A stretch of DNA of 64,000 nt. Source: Schmidtea polychroa (Eukaryota). This document shows, in pieces, positions 28,801-43,800 of this stretch; the stretch's first letter is position 1, and every line of letters begins with the position of its first letter. The position numbers were made by a program, and so were the translations under genes. Below the pieces are notes generated by a model. That model did no database searches and was not told the origin of the DNA. It saw nothing but the letters and a program-made list of their open reading frames with translations. The stretch is from assembly GCA_044892525.1 (NCBI GenBank), contig CM097885.1:1738001-1802000 (forward strand), written 5' to 3'.

Positions 28801-31800
28801 GAATTTTATAAATATTTAATTGAATTTTACAAATATTAAATTGAATTTTACAAATATTAAATTGAATTTTAAAAATATTAAATTGAATTTTATAAATATT
28901 AAATTGAATTTTATAAATATTTAATTGAATTTTAAAAATATTAAATTGAACTTTATAAATATTAAATTGAATTTTAAAAATATTTAATTGAACTTTATAA
29001 ATATTTAATTGAATTTTATAAATATTAAATTGAACTTTATAAATATTAAATTGAATTTTAAAAATATTAAATTGAACTTTAAAAATATTAAATTGAATTT
29101 TATAAATATTAAATTGAATTTTATAAATATTTAATTGAATTTTATAAATATTTAATTGAATTTTAAAAATATTAAATTGAACTTTATAAATATTAAATTG
29201 AATTTTAAAAATATTTAATTGAACTTTATAAATATTTAATTGAATTTTATAAATATTAAATTGAACTTTATAAATATTAAATTGAATTTTAAAAATATTA
29301 AATTGAACTTTAATCGATTTTTATAAATATTTAATTGAATTTTACAAATATTTAATTGAACTTTAAATATTTAATTGAATTTTAAAAATATTTAATTGAA
29401 CTTTAAATATTTAATTGAATTTTAAAAATATTTAATTGAACTTTAATTGATTTTTAAAAATATTAAATTGAATTTTATAAATATTAAATTGAACTTTATA
29501 AATATTAAATTGAATTTTAAAAATATTAAATTGAACTTTAATCGATTTTTATAAATATTTAATTGAATTTTACAAATATTAAATTGAATTTTATAAATAT
29601 TTAATTGAATTTTACAAATATTAAATTGAATTTTACAAATATTAAATTGAATTTTAAAAATATTAAATTGAATTTTATAAATATTAAATTGAATTTTATA
29701 AATATTTAATTGAATTTTAAAAATATTAAATTGAACTTTATAAATATTAAATTGAATTTTAAAAATATTTAATTGAACTTTAATCGATTTTTATAAATAT
29801 TTAATTGAATTTTACAAATATTTAATTGAACTTTAAATATTTAATTGAATTTTAAAAATATTTAATTGAACTTTAAATATTTAATTGAATTTTAAAAATA
29901 TTTAATTGAACTTTAATTGATTTTTAAAAATATTAAATTGAATTTTATAAATATTTAATTGAATTTTACAAATATTTAATTGAATTTTATAAATATTTAA
30001 TTGAATTTTAAAAATATTAAATTGAACTTTAATCGATTTTTATAAATATTTAATTGAATTTTACAAATATTAAATTGAATTTTATAAATATTTAATTGAA
30101 TTTTACAAATATTAAATTGAATTTTACAAATATTAAATTGAATTTTAAAAATATTAAATTGAATTTTATAAATATTAAATTGAATTTTATAAATATTTAA
30201 TTGAATTTTAAAAATATTAAATTGAACTTTATAAATATTAAATTGAATTTTAAAAATATTAAATTGAACTTTAATCGATTTTTATAAATATTTAATTGAA
30301 TTTTACAAATATTTAATTGAACTTTAAATATTTAATTGAATTTTAAAAATATTTAATTGAACTTTATAAATATTAAATTGAATTTTAAAAATATTAAATT
30401 GAACTTTATAAATATTAAATTGAATTTTAAAAATATTAAATTGAACTTTAATCGATTTTTATAAATATTTAATTGAATTTTACAAATATTAAATTGAATT
30501 TTATAAATATTTAATTGAATTTTACAAATATTAAATTGAATTTTACAAATATTAAATTGAATTTTAAAAATATTAAATTGAACTTTATAAATATTAAATT
30601 GAATTTTAAAAATATTTAATTGAACTTTATAAATATTTAATTGAATTTTATAAATATTAAATTGAACTTTATAAATATTAAATTGAATTTTAAAAATATT
30701 AAATTGAACTTTAATCGATTTTTATAAATATTTAATTGAATTTTACAAATATTTAATTGAACTTTAAATATTTAATTGAATTTTAAAAATATTTAATTGA
30801 ACTTTAAATATTTAATTGAATTTTAAAAATATTTAATTGAACTTTAAATATTTAATTGAATTTTAAAAATATTTAATTGAACTTTAAATATTTAATTGAA
30901 TTTTAAAAATATTTAATTGAACTTTAAATATTTAATTGAATTTTAAAAATATTTAATTGAACTTTAATTGATTTTTAAAAATATTAAATTGAATTTTATA
31001 AATATTTAATTGAATTTTACAAATATTTAATTGAATTTTATAAATATTTAATTGAATTTTAAAAATATTAAATTGAACTTTAATCGATTTTTATAAATAT
31101 TTAATTGAATTTTACAAATATTAAATTGAATTTTATAAATATTTAATTGAATTTTACAAATATTAAATTGAATTTTACAAATATTAAATTGAATTTTAAA
31201 AATATTAAATTGAATTTTATAAATATTAAATTGAATTTTATAAATATTTAATTGAATTTTAAAAATATTAAATTGAACTTTATAAATATTAAATTGAATT
31301 TTAAAAATATTTAATTGAACTTTATAAATATTTAATTGAATTTTATAAATATTAAATTGAACTTTATAAATATTAAATTGAATTTTAAAAATATTAAATT
31401 GAACTTTAATCGATTTTTATAAATATTTAATTGAATTTTACAAATATTTAATTGAACTTTAAATATTTAATTGAATTTTAAAAATATTTAATTGAACTTT
31501 AAATATTTAATTGAATTTTAAAAATATTTAATTGAACTTTAAATATTTAATTGAATTTTAAAAATATTTAATTGAACTTTAAATATTTAATTGAATTTTA
31601 AAAATATTTAATTGAACTTTAAATATTTAATTGAATTTTAAAAATATTTAATTGAACTTTAAATATTTAATTGAATTTTAAAAATATTTAATTGAACTTT
31701 AAATATTTAATTGAATTTTAAAAATATTTAATTGAACTTTAAATATTTAATTGAATTTTAAAAATATTTAATTGAACTTTAATTGATTTTTAAAAATATT

Positions 31801-34800
31801 TAATTGAATTTTACAAATATTAAATTGAATTTTACAAATATTAAATTGAATTTTAAAAATATTAAATTGAATTTTATAAATATTAAATTGAATTTTATAA
31901 ATATTTAATTGAATTTTATAAATATTTAATTGAATTTTAAAAATATTAAATTGAACTTTATAAATATTAAATTGAATTTTAAAAATATTTAATTGAACTT
32001 TATAAATATTTAATTGAATTTTATAAATATTAAATTGAACTTTATAAATATTAAATTGAATTTTAAAAATATTAAATTGAACTTTAATCGATTTTTATTA
32101 ATATTTAATTGAATTTTACAAATATTTAATTGAACTTTAAATATTTAATTGAATTTTAAAAATATTTAATTGAACTTTAAATATTTAATTGAATTTTAAA
32201 AATATTTAATTGAACTTTAAATATTTAATTGAATTTTAAAAATATTTAATTGAACTTTAAATATTTAATTGAATTTTAAAAATATTTAATTGAACTTTAA
32301 ATATTTAATTGAATTTTAAAAATATTTAATTGAACTTTAATTGATTTTTAAAAATATTAAATTGAATTTTATAAATATTTAATTGAATTTTACAAATATT
32401 TAATTGAATTTTATAAATATTTAATTGAATTTTAAAAATATTAAATTGAACTTTAATCGATTTTTATAAATATTTAATTGAATTTTACAAATATTAAATT
32501 GAATTTTATAAATATTTAATTGAATTTTACAAATATTAAATTGAATTTTACAAATATTAAATTGAATTTTAAAAATATTAAATTGAATTTTATAAATATT
32601 AAATTGAATTTTATAAATATTTAATTGAATTTTAAAAATATTAAATTGAACTTTATAAATATTAAATTGAATTTTAAAAATATTAAATTGAACTTTAATC
32701 GATTTTTATAAATATTTAATTGAATTTTACAAATATTTAATTGAACTTTAAATATTTAATTGAATTTTAAAAATATTTAATTGAACTTTAAATATTTAAT
32801 TGAATTTTAAAAATATTTAATTGAACTTTAAATATTTAATTGAATTTTAAAAATATTTAATTGAACTTTAAATATTTAATTGAATTTTAAAAATATTAAA
32901 TTGAACTTTATAAATATTTAATTGAATTTTATAAATATTAAATTGAATTTTATAAATATTAAATTGAATTTAATAAATATTAAATTGAATTTTAAAAATA
33001 TTAAATTGAACTTTAATCGATTTTTATAAATATTTAATTGAATTTTACAAATATTAAATTGAATTTTAAAAATATTTAATTGAATTTTACAAATATTAAA
33101 TTGAATTTTACAAATATTAAATTGAATTTTAAAAATATGAAATTGAATTTTATAAATATTAAATTGAATTTTATAAATATTTAATTGAATTTTATAAATA
33201 TTTAATTGAATTTTAAAAATATTAAATTGAACTTTATAAATATTAAATTGAATTTTAAAAATATTTAATTGAACTTTATAAATATTTAATTGAATTTTAT
33301 AAATATTAAATTGAACTTTATAAATATTAAATTGAATTTTAAAAATATTAAATTGAACTTTAATCGATTTTTATAAATATTTAATTGAATTTTACAAATA
33401 TTTAATTGAACTTTAAATATTTAATTGAATTTTAAAAATATTTAATTGAACTTTAAATATTTAATTGAATTTTAAAAATATTTAATTGAACTTTAATTGA
33501 TTTTTAAAAATATTAAATTGAATTTTATAAATATTTAATTGAATTTTACAAATATTTAATTGAATTTTATAAATATTTAATTGAATTTTAAAAATATTAA
33601 ATTGAACTTTAATCGATTTTTATAAATATTTAATTGAATTTTACAAATATTAAATTGAATTTTATAAATATTTAATTGAATTTTACAAATATTAAATTGA
33701 ATTTTACAAATATTAAATTGAATTTTAAAAATATTAAATTGAATTTTATAAATATTAAATTGAATTTTATAAATATTTAATTGAATTTTAAAAATATTAA
33801 ATTGAACTTTATAAATATTAAATTGAATTTTAAAAATATTTAATTGAACTTTATAAATATTTAATTGAATTTTATAAATATTAAATTGAACTTTATAAAT
33901 ATTAAATTGAATTTTAAAAATATTAAATTGAACTTTAATCGATTTTTATAAATATTTAATTGAATTTTACAAATATTTAATTGAACTTTAAATATTTAAT
34001 TGAATTTTAAAAATATTTAATTGAACTTTAAATATTTAATTGAATTTTAAAAATATTTAATTGAACTTTAAATATTTAATTGAATTTTAAAAATATTTAA
34101 TTGAACTTTAAATATTTAATTGAATTTTAAAAATATTTAATTGAACTTTAAATATTTAATTGAATTTTAAAAATATTTAATTGAACTTTAAATATTTAAT
34201 TGAATTTTAAAAATATTTAATTGAACTTTAAATATTTAATTGAATTTTAAAAATATTTAATTGAACTTTAAATATTTAATTGAATTTTAAAAATATTTAA
34301 TTGAACTTTAATTGATTTTTAAAAATATTTAATTGAATTTTACAAATATTAAATTGAATTTTACAAATATTAAATTGAATTTTAAAAATATTAAATTGAA
34401 TTTTATAAATATTAAATTGAATTTTATAAATATTTAATTGAATTTTATAAATATTTAATTGAATTTTAAAAATATTAAATTGAACTTTATAAATATTAAA
34501 TTGAATTTTAAAAATATTTAATTGAACTTTATAAATATTTAATTGAATTTTATAAATATTAAATTGAACTTTATAAATATTAAATTGAATTTTAAAAATA
34601 TTAAATTGAACTTTAATCGATTTTTATTAATATTTAATTGAATTTTACAAATATTTAATTGAACTTTAAATATTTAATTGAATTTTAAAAATATTTAATT
34701 GAACTTTAAATATTTAATTGAATTTTAAAAATATTTAATTGAACTTTAAATATTTAATTGAATTTTAAAAATATTTAATTGAACTTTAAATATTTAATTG

Positions 34801-37800
34801 AATTTTAAAAATATTTAATTGAACTTTAAATATTTAATTGAATTTTAAAAATATTTAATTGAACTTTAATTGATTTTTAAAAATATTAAATTGAATTTTA
34901 TAAATATTTAATTGAATTTTACAAATATTTAATTGAATTTTATAAATATTTAATTGAATTTTAAAAATATTAAATTGAACTTTAATCGATTTTTATAAAT
35001 ATTTAATTGAATTTTACAAATATTAAATTGAATTTTATAAATATTTAATTGAATTTTACAAATATTAAATTGAATTTTACAAATATTAAATTGAATTTTA
35101 AAAATATTAAATTGAATTTTATAAATATTAAATTGAATTTTATAAATATTTAATTGAATTTTAAAAATATTAAATTGAACTTTATAAATATTAAATTGAA
35201 TTTTAAAAATATTAAATTGAACTTTAATCGATTTTTATAAATATTTAATTGAATTTTACAAATATTTAATTGAACTTTAAATATTTAATTGAATTTTAAA
35301 AATATTTAATTGAACTTTAAATATTTAATTGAATTTTAAAAATATTTAATTGAACTTTAAATATTTAATTGAATTTTAAAAATATTTAATTGAACTTTAA
35401 ATATTTAATTGAATTTTAAAAATATTAAATTGAACTTTATAAATATTTAATTGAATTTTATAAATATTAAATTGAATTTTATAAATATTAAATTGAATTT
35501 AATAAATATTAAATTGAATTTTAAAAATATTAAATTGAACTTTAATCGATTTTTATAAATATTTAATTGAATTTTACAAATATTAAATTGAATTTTAAAA
35601 ATATTTAATTGAATTTTACAAATATTAAATTGAATTTTACAAATATTAAATTGAATTTTAAAAATATGAAATTGAATTTTATAAATATTAAATTGAATTT
35701 TATAAATATTTAATTGAATTTTATAAATATTTAATTGAATTTTAAAAATATTAAATTGAACTTTATAAATATTAAATTGAATTTTAAAAATATTTAATTG
35801 AACTTTATAAATATTTAATTGAATTTTATAAATATTAAATTGAACTTTATAAATATTAAATTGAATTTTAAAAATATTAAATTGAACTTTAATCGATTTT
35901 TATAAATATTTAATTGAATTTTACAAATATTTAATTGAACTTTAAATATTTAATTGAATTTTAAAAATATTTAATTGAACTTTAAATATTTAATTGAATT
36001 TTAAAAATATTTAATTGAACTTTAATTGATTTTTAAAAATATTAAATTGAATTTTATAAATATTTAATTGAATTTTACAAATATTTAATTGAATTTTATA
36101 AATATTTAATTGAATTTTAAAAATATTAAATTGAACTTTAATCGATTTTTATAAATATTTAATTGAATTTTACAAATATTAAATTGAATTTTATAAATAT
36201 TTAATTGAATTTTACAAATATTAAATTGAATTTTACAAATATTAAATTGAATTTTAAAAATATTAAATTGAATTTTATAAATATTAAATTGAATTTTATA
36301 AATATTTAATTGAATTTTAAAAATATTAAATTGAACTTTATAAATATTAAATTGAATTTTAAAAATATTTAATTGAACTTTATAAATATTTAATTGAATT
36401 TTATAAATATTAAATTGAACTTTATAAATATTAAATTGAATTTTAAAAATATTAAATTGAACTTTAAAAATATTAAATTGAATTTTATAAATATTAAATT
36501 GAATTTTATAAATATTTAATTGAATTTTATAAATATTTAATTGAATTTTAAAAATATTAAATTGAACTTTATAAATATTAAATTGAATTTTAAAAATATT
36601 TAATTGAACTTTATAAATATTTAATTGAATTTTATAAATATTAAATTGAACTTTATAAATATTAAATTGAATTTTAAAAATATTAAATTGAACTTTAATC
36701 GATTTTTATAAATATTTAATTGAATTTTACAAATATTTAATTGAACTTTAAATATTTAATTGAATTTTAAAAATATTTAATTGAACTTTAAATATTTAAT
36801 TGAATTTTAAAAATATTTAATTGAACTTTAATTGATTTTTAAAAATATTAAATTGAATTTTATAAATATTAAATTGAACTTTATAAATATTAAATTGAAT
36901 TTTAAAAATATTAAATTGAACTTTAATCGATTTTTATAAATATTTAATTGAATTTTACAAATATTAAATTGAATTTTATAAATATTTAATTGAATTTTAC
37001 AAATATTAAATTGAATTTTACAAATATTAAATTGAATTTTAAAAATATTAAATTGAATTTTATAAATATTAAATTGAATTTTATAAATATTTAATTGAAT
37101 TTTAAAAATATTAAATTGAACTTTATAAATATTAAATTGAATTTTAAAAATATTTAATTGAACTTTAATCGATTTTTATAAATATTTAATTGAATTTTAC
37201 AAATATTTAATTGAACTTTAAATATTTAATTGAATTTTAAAAATATTTAATTGAACTTTAAATATTTAATTGAATTTTAAAAATATTTAATTGAACTTTA
37301 ATTGATTTTTAAAAATATTAAATTGAATTTTATAAATATTTAATTGAATTTTACAAATATTTAATTGAATTTTATAAATATTAAATTGAATTTTAAAAAT
37401 ATTTAATTGAATTTTACAAATATTAAATTGAATTTTACAAATATTAAATTGAATTTTAAAAATATGAAATTGAATTTTATAAATATTAAATTGAATTTTA
37501 TAAATATTTAATTGAATTTTATAAATATTTAATTGAATTTTAAAAATATTAAATTGAACTTTATAAATATTAAATTGAATTTTAAAAATATTTAATTGAA
37601 CTTTATAAATATTTAATTGAATTTTATAAATATTAAATTGAACTTTATAAATATTAAATTGAATTTTAAAAATATTAAATTGAACTTTAATCGATTTTTA
37701 TAAATATTTAATTGAATTTTACAAATATTTAATTGAACTTTAAATATTTAATTGAATTTTAAAAATATTTAATTGAACTTTAAATATTTAATTGAATTTT

Positions 37801-40800
37801 AAAAATATTTAATTGAACTTTAATTGATTTTTAAAAATATTAAATTGAATTTTATAAATATTTAATTGAATTTTACAAATATTTAATTGAATTTTATAAA
37901 TATTTAATTGAATTTTAAAAATATTAAATTGAACTTTAATCGATTTTTATAAATATTTAATTGAATTTTACAAATATTAAATTGAATTTTATAAATATTT
38001 AATTGAATTTTACAAATATTAAATTGAATTTTACAAATATTAAATTGAATTTTAAAAATATTAAATTGAATTTTATAAATATTAAATTGAATTTTATAAA
38101 TATTTAATTGAATTTTAAAAATATTAAATTGAACTTTATAAATATTAAATTGAATTTTAAAAATATTTAATTGAACTTTATAAATATTTAATTGAATTTT
38201 ATAAATATTTAATTGAATTTTAAAAATATTAAATTGAACTTTATAAATATTAAATTGAATTTTAAAAATATTTAATTGAACTTTATAAATATTTAATTGA
38301 ATTTTATAAATATTAAATTGAACTTTATAAATATTAAATTGAATTTTAAAAATATTAAATTGAACTTTAATCGATTTTTATAAATATTTAATTGAATTTT
38401 ACAAATATTTAATTGAACTTTAAATATTTAATTGAATTTTAAAAATATTTAATTGAACTTTAAATATTTAATTGAATTTTAAAAATATTTAATTGAACTT
38501 TAATTGATTTTTAAAAATATTAAATTGAATTTTATAAATATTAAATTGAACTTTATAAATATTAAATTGAATTTTAAAAATATTAAATTGAACTTTAATC
38601 GATTTTTATAAATATTTAATTGAATTTTACAAATATTAAATTGAATTTTATAAATATTTAATTGAATTTTACAAATATTAAATTGAATTTTACAAATATT
38701 AAATTGAATTTTAAAAATATTAAATTGAATTTTATAAATATTAAATTGAATTTTATAAATATTTAATTGAATTTTAAAAATATTAAATTGAACTTTATAA
38801 ATATTAAATTGAATTTTAAAAATATTTAATTGAACTTTAATCGATTTTTATAAATATTTAATTGAATTTTACAAATATTTAATTGAACTTTAAATATTTA
38901 ATTGAATTTTAAAAATATTTAATTGAACTTTAAATATTTAATTGAATTTTAAAAATATTTAATTGAACTTTAATTGATTTTTAAAAATATTAAATTGAAT
39001 TTTATAAATATTTAATTGAATTTTACAAATATTTAATTGAATTTTATAAATATTTAATTGAATTTTAAAAATATTAAATTGAACTTTAATCGATTTTTAT
39101 AAATATTTAATTGAATTTTACAAATATTAAATTGAATTTTATAAATATTTAATTGAATTTTACAAATATTAAATTGAATTTTACAAATATTAAATTGAAT
39201 TTTAAAAATATTAAATTGAATTTTATAAATATTAAATTGAATTTTATAAATATTTAATTGAATTTTAAAAATATTAAATTGAACTTTATAAATATTAAAT
39301 TGAATTTTAAAAATATTAAATTGAACTTTAATCGATTTTTATAAATATTTAATTGAATTTTACAAATATTTAATTGAACTTTAAATATTTAATTGAATTT
39401 TAAAAATATTTAATTGAACTTTATAAATATTAAATTGAATTTTAAAAATATTAAATTGAACTTTATAAATATTAAATTGAATTTTAAAAATATTAAATTG
39501 AACTTTAATCGATTTTTATAAATATTTAATTGAATTTTACAAATATTAAATTGAATTTTATAAATATTTAATTGAATTTTACAAATATTAAATTGAATTT
39601 TACAAATATTAAATTGAATTTTAAAAATATTAAATTGAACTTTATAAATATTAAATTGAATTTTAAAAATATTTAATTGAACTTTATAAATATTTAATTG
39701 AATTTTATAAATATTAAATTGAACTTTATAAATATTAAATTGAATTTTAAAAATATTAAATTGAACTTTAATCGATTTTTATAAATATTTAATTGAATTT
39801 TACAAATATTTAATTGAACTTTAAATATTTAATTGAATTTTAAAAATATTTAATTGAACTTTAAATATTTAATTGAATTTTAAAAATATTTAATTGAACT
39901 TTAAATATTTAATTGAATTTTAAAAATATTTAATTGAACTTTAAATATTTAATTGAATTTTAAAAATATTTAATTGAACTTTAAATATTTAATTGAATTT
40001 TAAAAATATTTAATTGAACTTTAATTGATTTTTAAAAATATTAAATTGAATTTTATAAATATTTAATTGAATTTTACAAATATTTAATTGAATTTTATAA
40101 ATATTTAATTGAATTTTAAAAATATTAAATTGAACTTTAATCGATTTTTATAAATATTTAATTGAATTTTACAAATATTAAATTGAATTTTATAAATATT
40201 TAATTGAATTTTACAAATATTAAATTGAATTTTACAAATATTAAATTGAATTTTAAAAATATTAAATTGAATTTTATAAATATTAAATTGAATTTTATAA
40301 ATATTTAATTGAATTTTAAAAATATTAAATTGAACTTTATAAATATTAAATTGAATTTTAAAAATATTTAATTGAACTTTATAAATATTTAATTGAATTT
40401 TATAAATATTAAATTGAACTTTATAAATATTAAATTGAATTTTAAAAATATTAAATTGAACTTTAATCGATTTTTATAAATATTTAATTGAATTTTACAA
40501 ATATTTAATTGAACTTTAAATATTTAATTGAATTTTAAAAATATTTAATTGAACTTTAAATATTTAATTGAATTTTAAAAATATTTAATTGAACTTTAAA
40601 TATTTAATTGAATTTTAAAAATATTTAATTGAACTTTAAATATTTAATTGAATTTTAAAAATATTTAATTGAACTTTAAATATTTAATTGAATTTTAAAA
40701 ATATTTAATTGAACTTTAAATATTTAATTGAATTTTAAAAATATTTAATTGAACTTTAAATATTTAATTGAATTTTAAAAATATTTAATTGAACTTTAAA

Positions 40801-43800
40801 TATTTAATTGAATTTTAAAAATATTTAATTGAACTTTAATTGATTTTTAAAAATATTTAATTGAATTTTACAAATATTAAATTGAATTTTACAAATATTA
40901 AATTGAATTTTAAAAATATTAAATTGAATTTTATAAATATTAAATTGAATTTTATAAATATTTAATTGAATTTTATAAATATTTAATTGAATTTTAAAAA
41001 TATTAAATTGAACTTTATAAATATTAAATTGAATTTTAAAAATATTTAATTGAACTTTATAAATATTTAATTGAATTTTAAAAATATTAAATTGAACTTT
41101 AATCGATTTTTATAAATATTTAATTGAATTTTACAAATATTTAATTGAACTTTAAATATTTAATTGAATTTTAAAAATATTTAATTGAACTTTAAATATT
41201 TAATTGAATTTTAAAAATATTTAATTGAACTTTAATTGATTTTTAAAAATATTAAATTGAATTTTATAAATATTTAATTGAATTTTACAAATATTTAATT
41301 GAATTTTATAAATATTTAATTGAATTTTAAAAATATTAAATTGAACTTTAATCGATTTTTATAAATATTTAATTGAATTTTACAAATATTAAATTGAATT
41401 TTATAAATATTTAATTGAATTTTACAAATATTAAATTGAATTTTACAAATATTAAATTGAATTTTAAAAATATTAAATTGAATTTTATAAATATTAAATT
41501 GAATTTTATAAATATTTAATTGAATTTTAAAAATATTAAATTGAACTTTATAAATATTAAATTGAATTTTAAAAATATTAAATTGAACTTTAATCGATTT
41601 TTATAAATATTTAATTGAATTTTACAAATATTTAATTGAACTTTAAATATTTAATTGAATTTTAAAAATATTTAATTGAACTTTATAAATATTAAATTGA
41701 ATTTTAAAAATATTAAATTGAACTTTATAAATATTAAATTGAATTTTAAAAATATTAAATTGAACTTTAATCGATTTTTATAAATATTTAATTGAATTTT
41801 ACAAATATTAAATTGAATTTTACAAATATTAAATTGAATTTTAAAAATATTAAATTGAATTTTATAAATATTAAATTGAATTTTATAAATATTTAATTGA
41901 ATTTTATAAATATTTAATTGAATTTTAAAAATATTAAATTGAACTTTATAAATATTAAATTGAATTTTAAAAATATTTAATTGAACTTTAAATATTTAAT
42001 TGAATTTTAAAAATATTTAATTGAACTTTAAATATTTAATTGAATTTTAAAAATATTTAATTGAACTTTAAATATTTAATTGAATTTTAAAAATATTTAA
42101 TTGAACTTTAAATATTTAATTGAATTTTAAAAATATTTAATTGAACTTTAATTGATTTTTAAAAATATTAAATTGAATTTTATAAATATTTAATTGAATT
42201 TTACAAATATTTAATTGAATTTTATAAATATTTAATTGAATTTTAAAAATATTAAATTGAACTTTAATCGATTTTTATAAATATTTAATTGAATTTTACA
42301 AATATTAAATTGAATTTTATAAATATTTAATTGAATTTTACAAATATTAAATTGAATTTTACAAATATTAAATTGAATTTTAAAAATATTAAATTGAATT
42401 TTATAAATATTAAATTGAATTTTATAAATATTTAATTGAATTTTAAAAATATTAAATTGAACTTTATAAATATTAAATTGAATTTTAAAAATATTAAATT
42501 GAACTTTAATCGATTTTTATAAATATTTAATTGAATTTTACAAATATTTAATTGAACTTTAAATATTTAATTGAATTTTAAAAATATTTAATTGAACTTT
42601 AAATATTTAATTGAATTTTAAAAATATTTAATTGAACTTTAAATATTTAATTGAATTTTAAAAATATTTAATTGAACTTTAAATATTTAATTGAATTTTA
42701 AAAATATTAAATTGAACTTTATAAATATTTAATTGAATTTTATAAATATTAAATTGAATTTTATAAATATTAAATTGAATTTAATAAATATTAAATTGAA
42801 TTTTAAAAATATTAAATTGAACTTTAATCGATTTTTATAAATATTTAATTGAATTTTACAAATATTAAATTGAATTTTAAAAATATTTAATTGAATTTTA
42901 CAAATATTAAATTGAATTTTACAAATATTAAATTGAATTTTAAAAATATGAAATTGAATTTTATAAATATTAAATTGAATTTTATAAATATTTAATTGAA
43001 TTTTATAAATATTTAATTGAATTTTAAAAATATTAAATTGAACTTTATAAATATTAAATTGAATTTTAAAAATATTTAATTGAACTTTATAAATATTTAA
43101 TTGAATTTTATAAATATTAAATTGAACTTTATAAATATTAAATTGAATTTTAAAAATATTAAATTGAACTTTAATCGATTTTTATAAATATTTAATTGAA
43201 TTTTACAAATATTTAATTGAACTTTAAATATTTAATTGAATTTTAAAAATATTTAATTGAACTTTAAATATTTAATTGAATTTTAAAAATATTAAATTGA
43301 ACTTTAATCGATTTTTATAAATATTTAATTGAATTTTACAAATATTAAATTGAATTTTATAAATATTTAATTGAATTTTACAAATATTAAATTGAATTTT
43401 ACAAATATTAAATTGAATTTTAAAAATATTAAATTGAATTTTATAAATATTAAATTGAATTTTATAAATATTTAATTGAATTTTAAAAATATTAAATTGA
43501 ACTTTATAAATATTAAATTGAATTTTAAAAATATTTAATTGAACTTTATAAATATTTAATTGAATTTTATAAATATTAAATTGAACTTTATAAATATTAA
43601 ATTGAATTTTAAAAATATTAAATTGAACTTTAATCGATTTTTATAAATATTTAATTGAATTTTACAAATATTTAATTGAACTTTAAATATTTAATTGAAT
43701 TTTAAAAATATTTAATTGAACTTTAAATATTTAATTGAATTTTAAAAATATTTAATTGAACTTTAAATATTTAATTGAATTTTAAAAATATTTAATTGAA

